From assembly GCF_009914755.1 (NCBI RefSeq), contig NC_060926.1: 64,000 nucleotides of DNA. One strand, written 5' to 3'. A program made the position numbers and the translations under genes. A model generated the notes under the pieces. It did no database searches. It was not told where the DNA came from and worked only from the letters and a program-made list of their open reading frames with translations. This DNA is from the human T2T-CHM13v2.0 reference genome, Homo sapiens. This document shows, piece after piece, positions 26,201 through 39,200 of the stretch; the first letter of the stretch is position 1, and each line of letters begins with the position of its first letter.

Positions 26201-27239
26201 GAGCAGGTTTGAAACACTCTTTTTGTAGTATCTGGATGTGGACATTTGGAGCGCTTTCAGGCCTATGGTGAAAAAGGAAATATCTTCCCCTGAAAACTAG
26301 ACAGAAGCATTCTCAGAAACTTATTTGTGATGTGCGCCCTCAACTAACAGTGTTAAACCTTTCTTTTGATAGAGTAGTTTTGAAACACCCTGTGTAAAAT
26401 CTGCAAGAGGATATTTGGATAGCTTTGAGGATTTCTTTGGAAACGGGATTGTCTTCATATAAAATCTAGACAAAAGCATTCTCAGAAGCTTCATTGGGAT
26501 GTTTCAATTGAAGTCACAGTGTTGAACAGTCCCTTTCATAGAGCATGTTTGAAACACTCTTTTTGTAGTATCTGGAAGTTGACATTTGGAGCGTTTTCAG
26601 GACTACGGTGAAAAAGGAAATATCTTACAAATAAAGCTAGATAGAAGCAATGTCAGAAAATTTTTCATTATGTATCTACTCAGCTAACAGAATTTAACCT
26701 TTCTTTTGAGAGAGAAGTTTTGAAACACTCTTTTTGTGGAATCTGCAAGTGGATATTTGTCTAGGTTTGAGGATTTCGTTGGAAACCGTATTACATATGA
26801 AAAGCAGACAGCAGCATTCCCAGAAACTTCTTTGTCATGTTTGCATTCAAGTCACAGAGTTGAACATTCCCTTTCATAGAGCAGGTTTGAAACACTCTTT
26901 TTGTAGTATCTGGATGTGGACATTTGGAGCGCTTTCAGGCCTATGGTGAAAAAGGAAATATCTTCCCCTGAAAACTAGACAGAAGCATTCTCAGAAACTT
27001 ATTTGTGATGTGCACCCTCAACTAACAGTGTTGAAGCTTTCTTTTGACAGAGCAGTTTGAAACACTCTTTTTGTAAAATCTGCAAGAGGATATTTGGATT
27101 GCTTTGAGGATTTCGGAGGAAATGGGATTGTCTTCATATAAACTCTAGACAGTAGCATTCTCAGAAGCTTCATTGGGATGTTTCAATTGAAGTCACAGTG
27201 TTGAACAGTCCGTTTCATAGAGCAGGTTTGAAACACTCT

Positions 27240-30200
27240 TTTTGTAGTATCTGGAAGTGGACATTTGGAGCGCTCTCAGGACTACGGTGAAAAAGGAAAT
27301 ATCTTCCAATAAAAGCTAGATAGAAGCAATGTCAGAAACTTTTTCATGATGTATCTACTCAGCTAACAGAGTTGAACCTTTTTTTTGAGAGAGCAGTTTT
27401 GAAACACTCTTTTTGTTCGATCTGCAGGTGGATATTTGTCTAGGTTTGAGGATTTCGTTGGAAACGGGATTACATATAAAAAACAGACAGCAGCATTCCC
27501 AGAAACTTCTTTGTGATGTTTGCATTCAAGTCGCAGAGTTGAACATTCCCTTTCATAGAGCAGGTTTGAAACACTATTTCTGTAGTATCTGGATGTGGAC
27601 ATTTGGAGCGCTCTCAGGCCTATGGTGAAAAAGGAAATATCTTCCCCTGCAAACTAGACAGAAGCATTCTCAGAAACTTATTTGTGATGTGGGCCCTCAA
27701 CTAACAATGTTGAACCTTTCTGTTGATAGAGTAGTTTTGAAACACTCTTTTTGTAAAATCTGCAAGAGGATATTTGGATAGCTTTGAGGATTTCGTTGGA
27801 AACGGGATTGTGTTCATATTAACCCTAGACAGTAGCATTCTCAGAAGGTTCATTGGGATGTTTCAATTGAAGTCACAGTGTTGAACAATCACTTTCATAG
27901 AGCAGGTTTGAAACACTCTTTTTGTAGCATCTGGAAGTGGACATTTGGAGCGCTCTCAGGACTACGGTGAAAAAGGAAATATCTTCCAATAAAAGCTAGA
28001 TAGAAGCAATGTCAGAAACTTTTTCATGATGTATCTACTCAGCTAAAAGAGTTGAACCTTTCTTTTCTGAGAGCAGTTTTGAAACACTATTTTTGTGGAA
28101 TCTGCAAGTGGATATTTGTCTAGCTTTGAGGATTCCGTTGGAAACGGGATTACATAGAAAAAGCAGACAGCAGCATTCCCAGAAACTTCTTTGTGAAATT
28201 TGCATTCAAGTCACAGACTTGAACATTCCCTTTCATAGAGCAGGTTTGAAACACTCTTTTTGTAGTATCTGGATGTGGACGTTTGGAGCGCTTTCAGGCC
28301 TATGGTGAAAAAGGAAATATCTTCCCCTGAAAACTAGACAGAAGCATTCTCAGAAACTTATTTGTGATGTGCGCCCTCAACTAACAGTGTTGAACCTTTC
28401 TTTTGATAGAGTAGTTTTGAAACACTCTTTTTGTAAAATCTGCAAGAGGATATTTGGATAGCTTTGAGTATTTCGTTGGAAACGGGATTGTCTTCATATA
28501 AACTCTAGACAGTAGCATTCTGAGAAGCTTCATTGGGATGTTTCAATTGAAGTCACAGTGTTGAACAGTCCCTTTCATAGAGCAGGTTTGAAACACTCTT
28601 TTTGTAGCATCTGGAAGTGGACAGTTGGAGCGCTCTCAGGACTACGGTGAAAAAGGAAATATCTTCCAATAAAAGCTAGATAGAAGCAATGTGAGAAACT
28701 TTTTCATGATGTATGTACTCAGCTAAAAGAGTTGAACCTTTCTTTTGAGAGAGCAGTTTTGAAACACTCTTTTTGTGGAATCTGCAAGTGGATATTTGTC
28801 TAGGTTTGAGGACTTCTTTGGAAACGGGATTACATATAAAAAGCAGACAGCAGCATTCCCAGAAACTTCTTTGTGATGTTTGCATTCAAGTCACAGAGTT
28901 GAACATTCCCTTTCATAGAGCAGGTTTGAAACACTCTTTTTGTAGTATCTGGATGTGGACATTTGGAGCGCTCTCAGGCCTATGGTGAAAAAGGAAATAT
29001 CTTCCCCTGAAAACTAAATAGAAGCATTCTGAGAAACTTATTTGTGATGTGCGCCCTCAACTAACAGTGTTGAACTTTTCTTTTGATAGAGCAGTTTTGA
29101 AACACTCTTTTTGTAAAATCTGCAAGAGGATATTTGGATAGCTTTGAGGATTTCGTTGGAAACGGGATTGTCTTCATATAAAATCTAGACAGAAGCATTC
29201 TTAGAAGCTTCATTGGGATGTTTCAATTGAAGTCACAGTGTTGAACAGTCCCTTTCATAGAGCATGTTTGAAACAATCTTTTTGTAGTATCTGGAAGTGG
29301 ACATTTGGAGCGCTCTCAGGACTACGGTGAAAAAGGAAATATCTTCCAAATAAAGCTAGATAGAAGCAATGTCAGAAAATTTTTCATGATGTATCTATTC
29401 AGCTAACAGAGTTGAACCTTTCTTTTGACAGAGCAGTTTTGAAACACTCTTTTTGTGGAATCTGCAAGTGGATATTTGTCTAGCTTTGAGGATTTCGTTG
29501 GAAACGGGATTACATATAAAAAGCAGACAGCAGCATTCCCAGAAACTTCTTTGTGATATTTGCATTCAAGTCACAGAGTTGAACATTCCCTTTCATAGAG
29601 CAGGTTTGAAACACTCTTTTTGTAGTATCTGCATGTGGACATTTGGAGCGCTTTCAGGCCTATGGTGAAAAAGGAAATATCTTCCCCTGAAAACTAGACA
29701 GAAGCATTCTCAGAAACTTATTTGTGATGTGCGCCCTCAACTAACAGTGTTGAAGCTTTCTTTTGATAGAGCAGTTTTGAAACACTCTTTTTGTAAAATC
29801 TGCAAGAGGATATTTGGATAGCTTTGAGGATTTCGTTGGAAACGGGATTGTCTTCATATACAATCTAGACAGAAGCATTCTCAGAAGCTTCATTTGGATG
29901 TTTCAATTAAAGTCACAGTGTTGAACAGTCCCTATCGTAGAGCAGGTTTGAAACACTCTTTTTGTAATATCTGGAAGTGGAGATTTGGAGCGCTCTCAGG
30001 ACTACGGTGAAAAAGGAAATATATTCCAATAAAAGCTAGATAGAAGCAATGTCAGAAACTTTTTCATGATGTATCTACTCAGCTAACAGAGTTGAACCTT
30101 TTTTTTGATAGAGCAGTTTTGAAACACTCTTTTTGTTGGATCTGCAGGTGGATATTTGTCTAGCTTTGAGGATTTCGTTGGAAACGGGATTACATATAAA

Positions 30201-33200
30201 AAGCAGACAGCAGCATTCCCAGAAACTTCTTTGTGATATTTGCATTCAAGTCACAGACTTGAACATTCCCTTTCATAGAGCAGGTTTGAAACACTCTTTT
30301 TGTAGTATCTGGATGTGGACATTTGGAGCGCTTTCAGGCCTATGGTGAAAAAGGAAATATCTTCCCCTGAAAACTAGACAGAAGCATTCTCAGAAACTTA
30401 TTTGTGATGTGCGCCCTCAACTAACAGTGTTGAAGCTTTCTTTTGATAGAGCAGTTTTGAAACACTCTTTTTGTAAAATCTGCAAGAGGATATTTGGATA
30501 GCTTTGAGGATTTCGTTGGAAACGGGATTGTCTTCATATACAATCTAGACAGAAGCATTCTCAGAAGCTTCATTGGGATGTTTCAATTGAAGTCACAGTG
30601 TTGAACAGTCCCTTTCGTAGAGCAGGTTTGAAACACTCTTTTTGTAATATCTGGAAGTGGACATTTGGAGCGTTCTCAGGACTATGGTGAAAAAGGAAAT
30701 ATCTTCCAATAAAAGCTAGATAGAAGCAATGTCAGAAACTTTTTCATGATGTATCTACTCAGCTAACAGAGTTGAACCTTTCTTTTGAGAGAGCCGTTTT
30801 GAAACACTCTTTTTGTGGAATCTGCAAGTGGATATTTGTCTAGCTTTGAGGATTTCGTTGGAAACGGGATTACATATAAAAAGCAGACAGCAGCATTCCC
30901 AGAAACTTCTTTGTGATGTTTGCATTCAAGTCACAGAGTTGAACATTCCCTTTCATAGAGCAGGTTTCAAACACTCTTTTTGTAGTATCTGGATGTGGAC
31001 ATTTGGAGCGCTTTCAGGCCTATGGTGAAAAAGGAAATATCTTCCCCTGAAAACTAGACAGAAGCATTCTCAGAAACTTATTTGTGATGTGCGCCCTCAA
31101 CTAACAGTGTTAAACCTTTCTTTTGATAGAGTAGTTTTGAAACACTCTTTGTAAAATCTGCAAGAGGATATTTTGATAGCTTTGAGGATTTCTTTGGAAA
31201 CGGGATTGTCTTCATATAAAATCTAGACAAAAGCATTCTCAGAAGCTTCATTGGGATGTTTCAATTGAAGTCACAGTGTTGAACAGTCCCTTTCATAGAG
31301 CATGTTTGAAACACTCTTTTTGTAGTATCTGGAAGTTGACATTTGGAGCGTTTTCAGGACTACGGTGAAAAAGGAAATATCTTCCAAATAAAGCTAGATA
31401 GAAGCAATGTCAGAAAATTTTTCATGATGTATCTACTCAGCTAACAGAATTTAACCTTTCTTTTGAGAGAGCAGTTTTGAAACACTCTTTTTGTGGAATC
31501 TGCAAGTGGATATTTGTCTAGGTTTGAGGATTTCGTTGGAAACGGGATTGCATATAAAAAGCAGACAGCAGCATTCCCAGAAACTTCTTTGTGATGTTTG
31601 CATTCAAGTCACAGAGTTGAACATTCCCTTTCATAGAGCAGGTTTGAAACACTCTTTTTGTAGTATCTGGATGTGGACATTTGGAGCGCTTTCAGGCCTA
31701 TGGTGAAAAAGGAAATATCTTCCCCTGAAAACTAGACAGAAGCATTCTCAGAAACTTATTTGTGATGTGCACCCTCAACTAACAGTGTTGAAGCTTTCTT
31801 TTGACAGAGCAGTTTGAAACACTCTTTTTGTAAAATCTCCAAGAGGATATTTGCATAGCTTTGAGGATTTCGGTGGAAATGGGATTGTCTTCATATAAAC
31901 TCTAGACAGTAGCATTCTCAGAAGCTTCATTGGGATGTTTCAATTGAAGTCACAGTGTTGAACAGTCCGTTTCATAGAGCAGGTTTGAAACACTCTTTTT
32001 GTAGTATCTGGAAGTGGACATTTGGAGCGCTCTCAAGACTACGGTGAAAAAGGAAATATCTTCCAATAAAAGCTAGATAGAAGCAATGTCAGAAACTTTT
32101 TCATGATGTATCTACTCAGCTAACAGAGTTGAACCTTTTTTTTGAGAGAGCAGTTTTGAAACACTCTTTTTGTTCGATCTGCAGGTGGATATTTGTCTAG
32201 GTTTGAGGATTTCGTTGGAAACGGGATTACATATAAAAAACAGACAGCAGCATTCCCAGAAACTTCTTTGTGATGTTTGCATTCAAGTCACAGAGTTGAA
32301 CATTCCCTTTCGTAGAGCAGGTTTGAAACACTCTTTTTGTAGTATCTGGATGTGGACATTTGGAGCGCTCTCAGGCCTATGGTGAAAAAGGAAATATCTT
32401 CCCCTGGAAACTACACAGAAGCATTCTCAGAAACTTATTTGTGATGTGCGCCCTCAACTAACAATGTTGAACCTTTCTGTTGATAGAGTAGTTTTGAAAC
32501 ACTCTTCTTGTAAAATCTGCAAGAGGATATTTGGATAGCTTTGAGGATTTCGTTGGAAACGGGATTGTCTTCATATTAACCCTAGACAGTAGCATTCTCA
32601 GAAGGTTCATTGGGATGTTTCAATTGAAGTCACAGTGTTGAACAGTCACTTTCATAGAGCAGGTTTGAAACACTCTTTTTGTAGCATCTGGAAGTGGACA
32701 TTTGGAGCGCTCTCAGGACTACGGTGAAAAAGGAAATATCTTCCAATAAAAGCTAGATAGAAGCAATGTCAGAAACTTTTTCATGATGTATCTACTCAGC
32801 TAAAAGAGTTGAACCTTTCTTTTGTGAGAGCAGTCTTGAAACACTATTTTTGTGGAATCTGCAAGTGGATATTTGTCTAGCTTTGAGGATTTCGTTGGAA
32901 ACGAGATTACATATAAAAAGCAGACAGCAGCATTCCCAGAAACTACTTTGTGAAATTTGCATTCAAGTCACAGACTTGAACATTCCCTTTCATAGAGCAG
33001 GTTTGAAACACTCTTTTTGTAGTATCTGGATGTGGACGTTTGGAGCGCTTTCAGGCCTACGGTGAAAAAGGAAATATCTTCCCCTGAAAACTATACAGAA
33101 GCATTCTCAGAAACTTATTTGTGATGTGCGCCCTCAACTAACAGTGTTGAAGCTTTCTTTTGATAGAGCAGTTTTGAAACACTCTTTTTGTAAAATCTGC

Positions 33201-36200
33201 AAGAGGATATTTGGATAGCTTTGAGGATTTCGTTGGAAACGGGATTGTCTTCATATAGAATCTAGACAGAAGCATTCTCAGAAGCTTCATTCGGATGTTT
33301 CAATTGAAGTCACAGTGTTGAACAGTCCCTTTCATAGAGCATGTTTGAAACACTCTTTTTGTAGTATCTGGAAGTGGACATTTGGAGCGTTCTCAGGACG
33401 ACAGTGAAAAAGGAAATATCTTCCAACAAAAGCTAGATAGAAGAAATGTCAGAAAATTTTTCATGATGTATCTACTCAGCTAACAGAGTTGAACCTTTCT
33501 TTGGAGAGAGTAGTTTTGAAACACTCTTTTTGTGGAATCTGCAAGTGGATATTTGTCTAGTTTTGAGGATTGCGTTGGAAACGGTATTACATATAAAAAG
33601 CAGACAGCAGCATTCCCAGAAACTTCTTTGTGATATTTGCATTGAAGTCACAGACTTGAACATTCCGTTTCATAGAGCAGGTTTGAAACACTCTTTTTGT
33701 AGTATCTGGATGTGGACATTTGGAGCGCTTTCAGGCCTATGGTGAAAAAGGAAATATCTTCCCCTGAAAACTAGACAGAAGCATTCTCAGAAACTTATTT
33801 GTCATGTGCGCCCTCAACTAACAGTGTTGAACCTTTCTTTTGATAGAGCAGTTTTGATACACTCTTTTTGTAAAATCCGCAAGAGGATATTTGGATAGCT
33901 TTGAGGATTACGTTGGAAACGGGATTGTCTTCATATAGAATCTAGACAGAATCATTCTCAGAAGCTTCATTGGGATGTTTCAATTGAAGTCACAGTGTTG
34001 AACAGTCCCTTTCATAGAGCAGATTTGAAACACTCTTTTTGTAGTATCTGGAAGTGGACATTTGGAGCGCTCTCAGGACTACAGTGAAAAAGGAAATATC
34101 TTCCAATAAAAGCTAGATAGAAGCAATGTCAGAAAATTTTTCATGATGTATCTACTCAGCTAACAGGGTTGAACCTTTCTTTTGAGAGAGCAGTTTTGAA
34201 ACACTCTTTTTGTGGAATCTGCAAGTGGATATTTGTCTAGCTTTGAGGATTGCGTTGGAAACGGGATTACATATAAAAAGCAGACAGCAGCATTCCCAGA
34301 AACTTCTTTGTGATATTTGCATTCAAGTCACAGACTTGAACATTCCCTTCCATAGAGCGGGTTTGAAACACTCTTTTTGTAGTATCTGGATGTGGACATT
34401 TGGAGCGCTTTCAGGCCTATGGTGAAAAAGGAAATATCTTCCCCTGAAAACTAGACAGAAGCATTCTCAGAATCTTATTTGTGATGTGCGCCCTCAACTA
34501 ACAGTGTTGAAGCTTTCTTTTGATAGAGCAGTTTTGAAACACTCTTTTTGTAAAATCTGCAAGAGGATATTTGGATAGCTTTGAGGATTTCGTTGGAAAC
34601 GGGATTGTCTTCATATAAAATCTAGACAGAAGCATTCTCAGAAGCTTCATTGGGATGTTTCAATTGAAGTCACAGTGTTGAACAGTCCCTTTCATAGAGC
34701 ACGTTTGAAACAATCTTTTTGTAGTATCTGGAAGTGGACATTTGGAGCGCTCTCAGGACTACGGTGAAAAAGGAAATATCTTCCAATAAAAGCTAGATAG
34801 AAGCAATGTCAGAAACTTTTTCATGATGTATCTACTCAGCTAACAGAGTTGAACCTTTTTTTTGAGAGAGCAGTTTTGAAACACTCTTTTTGTTCGATCT
34901 GCAGGTGGATATTTGTCTAGGTTTGAGGATTTCGTTGGAAACGGGATTACATATAAAAAACAGACAGCAGCATTCCCAGAAACTTCTTTGTGATGTTTGC
35001 ATTCAAGTCGCAGAGTTGAACATTCCCTTTCATAGAGCAGGTTTGAAACACTATTTCTGTAGTATCTGGATGTGGACATTTGGAGCGCTCTCAGGCCTAT
35101 GGTGAAAAAGGAAATATCTTCCCCTGCAAACTAGACAGAAGCATTCTCAGAAACTTATTTGTGATGTGGGCCCTCAACTAACAATGTTGAACCTTTCTGT
35201 TGATAGAGTAGTTTTGAAACACTCTTTTTGTAAAATCTGCAAGAGGATATTTGGATAGCTTTGAGGATTTCGTTGGAAACGGGATTGTGTTCATATTAAC
35301 CCTAGACAGTAGCATTCTCAGAAGGTTCATTGGGATGTTTCAATTGAAGTCACAGTGTTGAACAATCACTTTCATAGAGCAGGTTTGAAACACTCTTTTT
35401 GTAGCATCTGGAAGTGGACATTTGGAGCGCTCTCAGGACTACGGTGAAAAAGGAAATATCTTCCAATAAAAGCTAGATAGAAGCAATGTCAGAAACTTTT
35501 TCATGATGTATCTACTCAGCTAAAAGAGTTGAACCTTTCTTTTCTGAGAGCAGTTTTGAAACACTATTTTTGTGGAATCTGCAAGTGGATATTTGTCTAG
35601 CTTTGAGGATTCCGTTGGAAACGGGATTACATAGAAAAAGCAGACAGCAGCATTCCCAGAAACTTCTTTGTGAAATTTGCATTCAAGTCACAGACTTGAA
35701 CATTCCCTTTCATAGAGCAGGTTTGAAACACTCTTTTTGTAGTATCTGGATGTGGACGTTTGGAGCGCTTTCAGGCCTATGGTGAAAAAGGAAATATCTT
35801 CCCCTGAAAACTAGACAGAAGCATTCTCAGAAACTTATTTGTGATGTGCGCCCTCAACTAACAGTGTTGAACCTTTCTTTTGATAGAGTAGTTTTGAAAC
35901 ACTCTTTTTGTAAAATCTGCAAGAGGATATTTGGATAGCTTTGAGTATTTCGTTGGAAACGGGATTGTCTTCATATAAACTCTAGACAGTAGCATTCTGA
36001 GAAGCTTCATTGGGATGTTTCAATTGAAGTCACAGTGTTGAACAGTCCCTTTCATAGAGCAGGTTTGAAACACTCTTTTTGTAGCATCTGGAAGTGGACA
36101 GTTGGAGCGCTCTCAGGACTACGGTGAAAAAGGAAATATCTTCCAATAAAAGCTAGATAGAAGCAATGTGAGAAACTTTTTCATGATGTATGTACTCAGC

Positions 36201-39200
36201 TAAAAGAGTTGAACCTTTCTTTTGAGAGAGCAGTTTTGAAACACTCTTTTTGTGGAATCTGCAAGTGGATATTTGTCTAGGTTTGAGGACTTCTTTGGAA
36301 ACGGGATTACATATAAAAAGCAGACAGCAGCATTCCCAGAAACTTCTTTGTGATGTTTGCATTCAAGTCACAGAGTTGAACATTCCCTTTCATAGAGCAG
36401 GTTTGAAACACTCTTTTTGTAGTATCTGGATGTGGACATTTGGAGCGCTCTCAGGCCTATGGTGAAAAAGGAAATATCTTCCCCTGAAAACTAAATAGAA
36501 GCATTCTGAGAAACTTATTTGTGATGTGCGCCCTCAACTAACAGTGTTGAACTTTTCTTTTGATAGAGCAGTTTTGAAACACTCTTTTTGTAAAATCTGC
36601 AAGAGGATATTTGGATAGCTTTGAGGATTTCGTTGGAAACGGGATTGTCTTCATATAAAATCTAGACAGAAGCATTCTTAGAAGCTTCATTGGGATGTTT
36701 CAATTGAAGTCACAGTGTTGAACAGTCCCTTTCATAGAGCATGTTTGAAACAATCTTTTTGTAGTATCTGGAAGTGGACATTTGGAGCGCTCTCAGGACT
36801 ACGGTGAAAAAGGAAATATCTTCCAAATAAAGCTAGATAGAAGCAATGTCAGAAAATTTTTCATGATGTATCTATTCAGCTAACAGAGTTGAACCTTTCT
36901 TTTGACAGAGCAGTTTTGAAACACTCTTTTTGTGGAATCTGCAAGTGGATATTTGTCTAGCTTTGAGGATTTCGTTGGAAACGGGATTACATATAAAAAG
37001 CAGACAGCAGCATTCCCAGAAACTTCTTTGTGATATTTGCATTCAAGTCACAGAGTTGAACATTCCCTTTCATAGAGCAGGTTTGAAACACTCTTTTTGT
37101 AGTATCTGCATGTGGACATTTGGAGCGCTTTCAGGCCTATGGTGAAAAAGGAAATATCTTCCCCTGAAAACTAGACAGAAGCATTCTCAGAAACTTATTT
37201 GTGATGTGCGCCCTCAACTAACAGTGTTGAAGCTTTCTTTTGATAGAGCAGTTTTGAAACACTCTTTTTGTAAAATCTGCAAGAGGATATTTGGATAGCT
37301 TTGAGGATTTCGTTGGAAACGGGATTGTCTTCATATACAATCTAGACAGAAGCATTCTCAGAAGCTTCATTTGGATGTTTCAATTAAAGTCACAGTGTTG
37401 AACAGTCCCTATCGTAGAGCAGGTTTGAAACACTCTTTTTGTAATATCTGGAAGTGGAGATTTGGAGCGCTCTCAGGACTACGGTGAAAAAGGAAATATA
37501 TTCCAATAAAAGCTAGATAGAAGCAATGTCAGAAACTTTTTCATGATGTATCTACTCAGCTAACAGAGTTGAACCTTTTTTTTGATAGAGCAGTTTTGAA
37601 ACACTCTTTTTGTTGGATCTGCAGGTGGATATTTGTCTAGCTTTGAGGATTTCGTTGGAAACGGGATTACATATAAAAAGCAGACAGCAGCATTCCCAGA
37701 AACTTCTTTGTGATATTTGCATTCAAGTCACAGACTTGAACATTCCCTTTCATAGAGCAGGTTTGAAACACTCTTTTTGTAGTATCTGGATGTGGACATT
37801 TGGAGCGCTTTCAGGCCTATGGTGAAAAAGGAAATATCTTCCCCTGAAAACTAGACAGAAGCATTCTCAGAAACTTATTTGTGATGTGCGCCCTCAACTA
37901 ACAGTGTTGAAGCTTTCTTTTGATAGAGCAGTTTTGAAACACTCTTTTTGTAAAATCTGCAAGAGGATATTTGGATAGCTTTGAGGATTTCGTTGGAAAC
38001 GGGATTGTCTTCATATACAATCTAGACAGAAGCATTCTCAGAAGCTTCATTGGGATGTTTCAATTGAAGTCACAGTGTTGAACAGTCCCTTTCGTAGAGC
38101 AGGTTTGAAACACTCTTTTTGTAATATCTGGAAGTGGACATTTGGAGCGTTCTCAGGACTATGGTGAAAAAGGAAATATCTTCCAATAAAAGCTAGATAG
38201 AAGCAATGTCAGAAACTTTTTCATGATGTATCTACTCAGCTAACAGAGTTGAACCTTTCTTTTGAGAGAGCCGTTTTGAAACACTCTTTTTGTGGAATCT
38301 GCAAGTGGATATTTGTCTAGCTTTGAGGATTTCGTTGGAAACGGGATTACATATAAAAAGCAGACAGCAGCATTCCCAGAAACTTCTTTGTGATGTTTGC
38401 ATTCAAGTCACAGAGTTGAACATTCCCTTTCATAGAGCAGGTTTCAAACACTCTTTTTGTAGTATCTGGATGTGGACATTTGGAGCGCTTTCAGGCCTAT
38501 GGTGAAAAAGGAAATATCTTCCCCTGAAAACTAGACAGAAGCATTCTCAGAAACTTATTTGTGATGTGCGCCCTCAACTAACAGTGTTAAACCTTTCTTT
38601 TGATAGAGTAGTTTTGAAACACTCTTTGTAAAATCTGCAAGAGGATATTTTGATAGCTTTGAGGATTTCTTTGGAAACGGGATTGTCTTCATATAAAATC
38701 TAGACAAAAGCATTCTCAGAAGCTTCATTGGGATGTTTCAATTGAAGTCACAGTGTTGAACAGTCCCTTTCATAGAGCATGTTTGAAACACTCTTTTTGT
38801 AGTATCTGGAAGTTGACATTTGGAGCGTTTTCAGGACTACGGTGAAAAAGGAAATATCTTCCAAATAAAGCTAGATAGAAGCAATGTCAGAAAATTTTTC
38901 ATGATGTATCTACTCAGCTAACAGAATTTAACCTTTCTTTTGAGAGAGCAGTTTTGAAACACTCTTTTTGTGGAATCTGCAAGTGGATATTTGTCTAGGT
39001 TTGAGGATTTCGTTGGAAACGGGATTGCATATAAAAAGCAGACAGCAGCATTCCCAGAAACTTCTTTGTGATGTTTGCATTCAAGTCACAGAGTTGAACA
39101 TTCCCTTTCATAGAGCAGGTTTGAAACACTCTTTTTGTAGTATCTGGATGTGGACATTTGGAGCGCTTTCAGGCCTATGGTGAAAAAGGAAATATCTTCC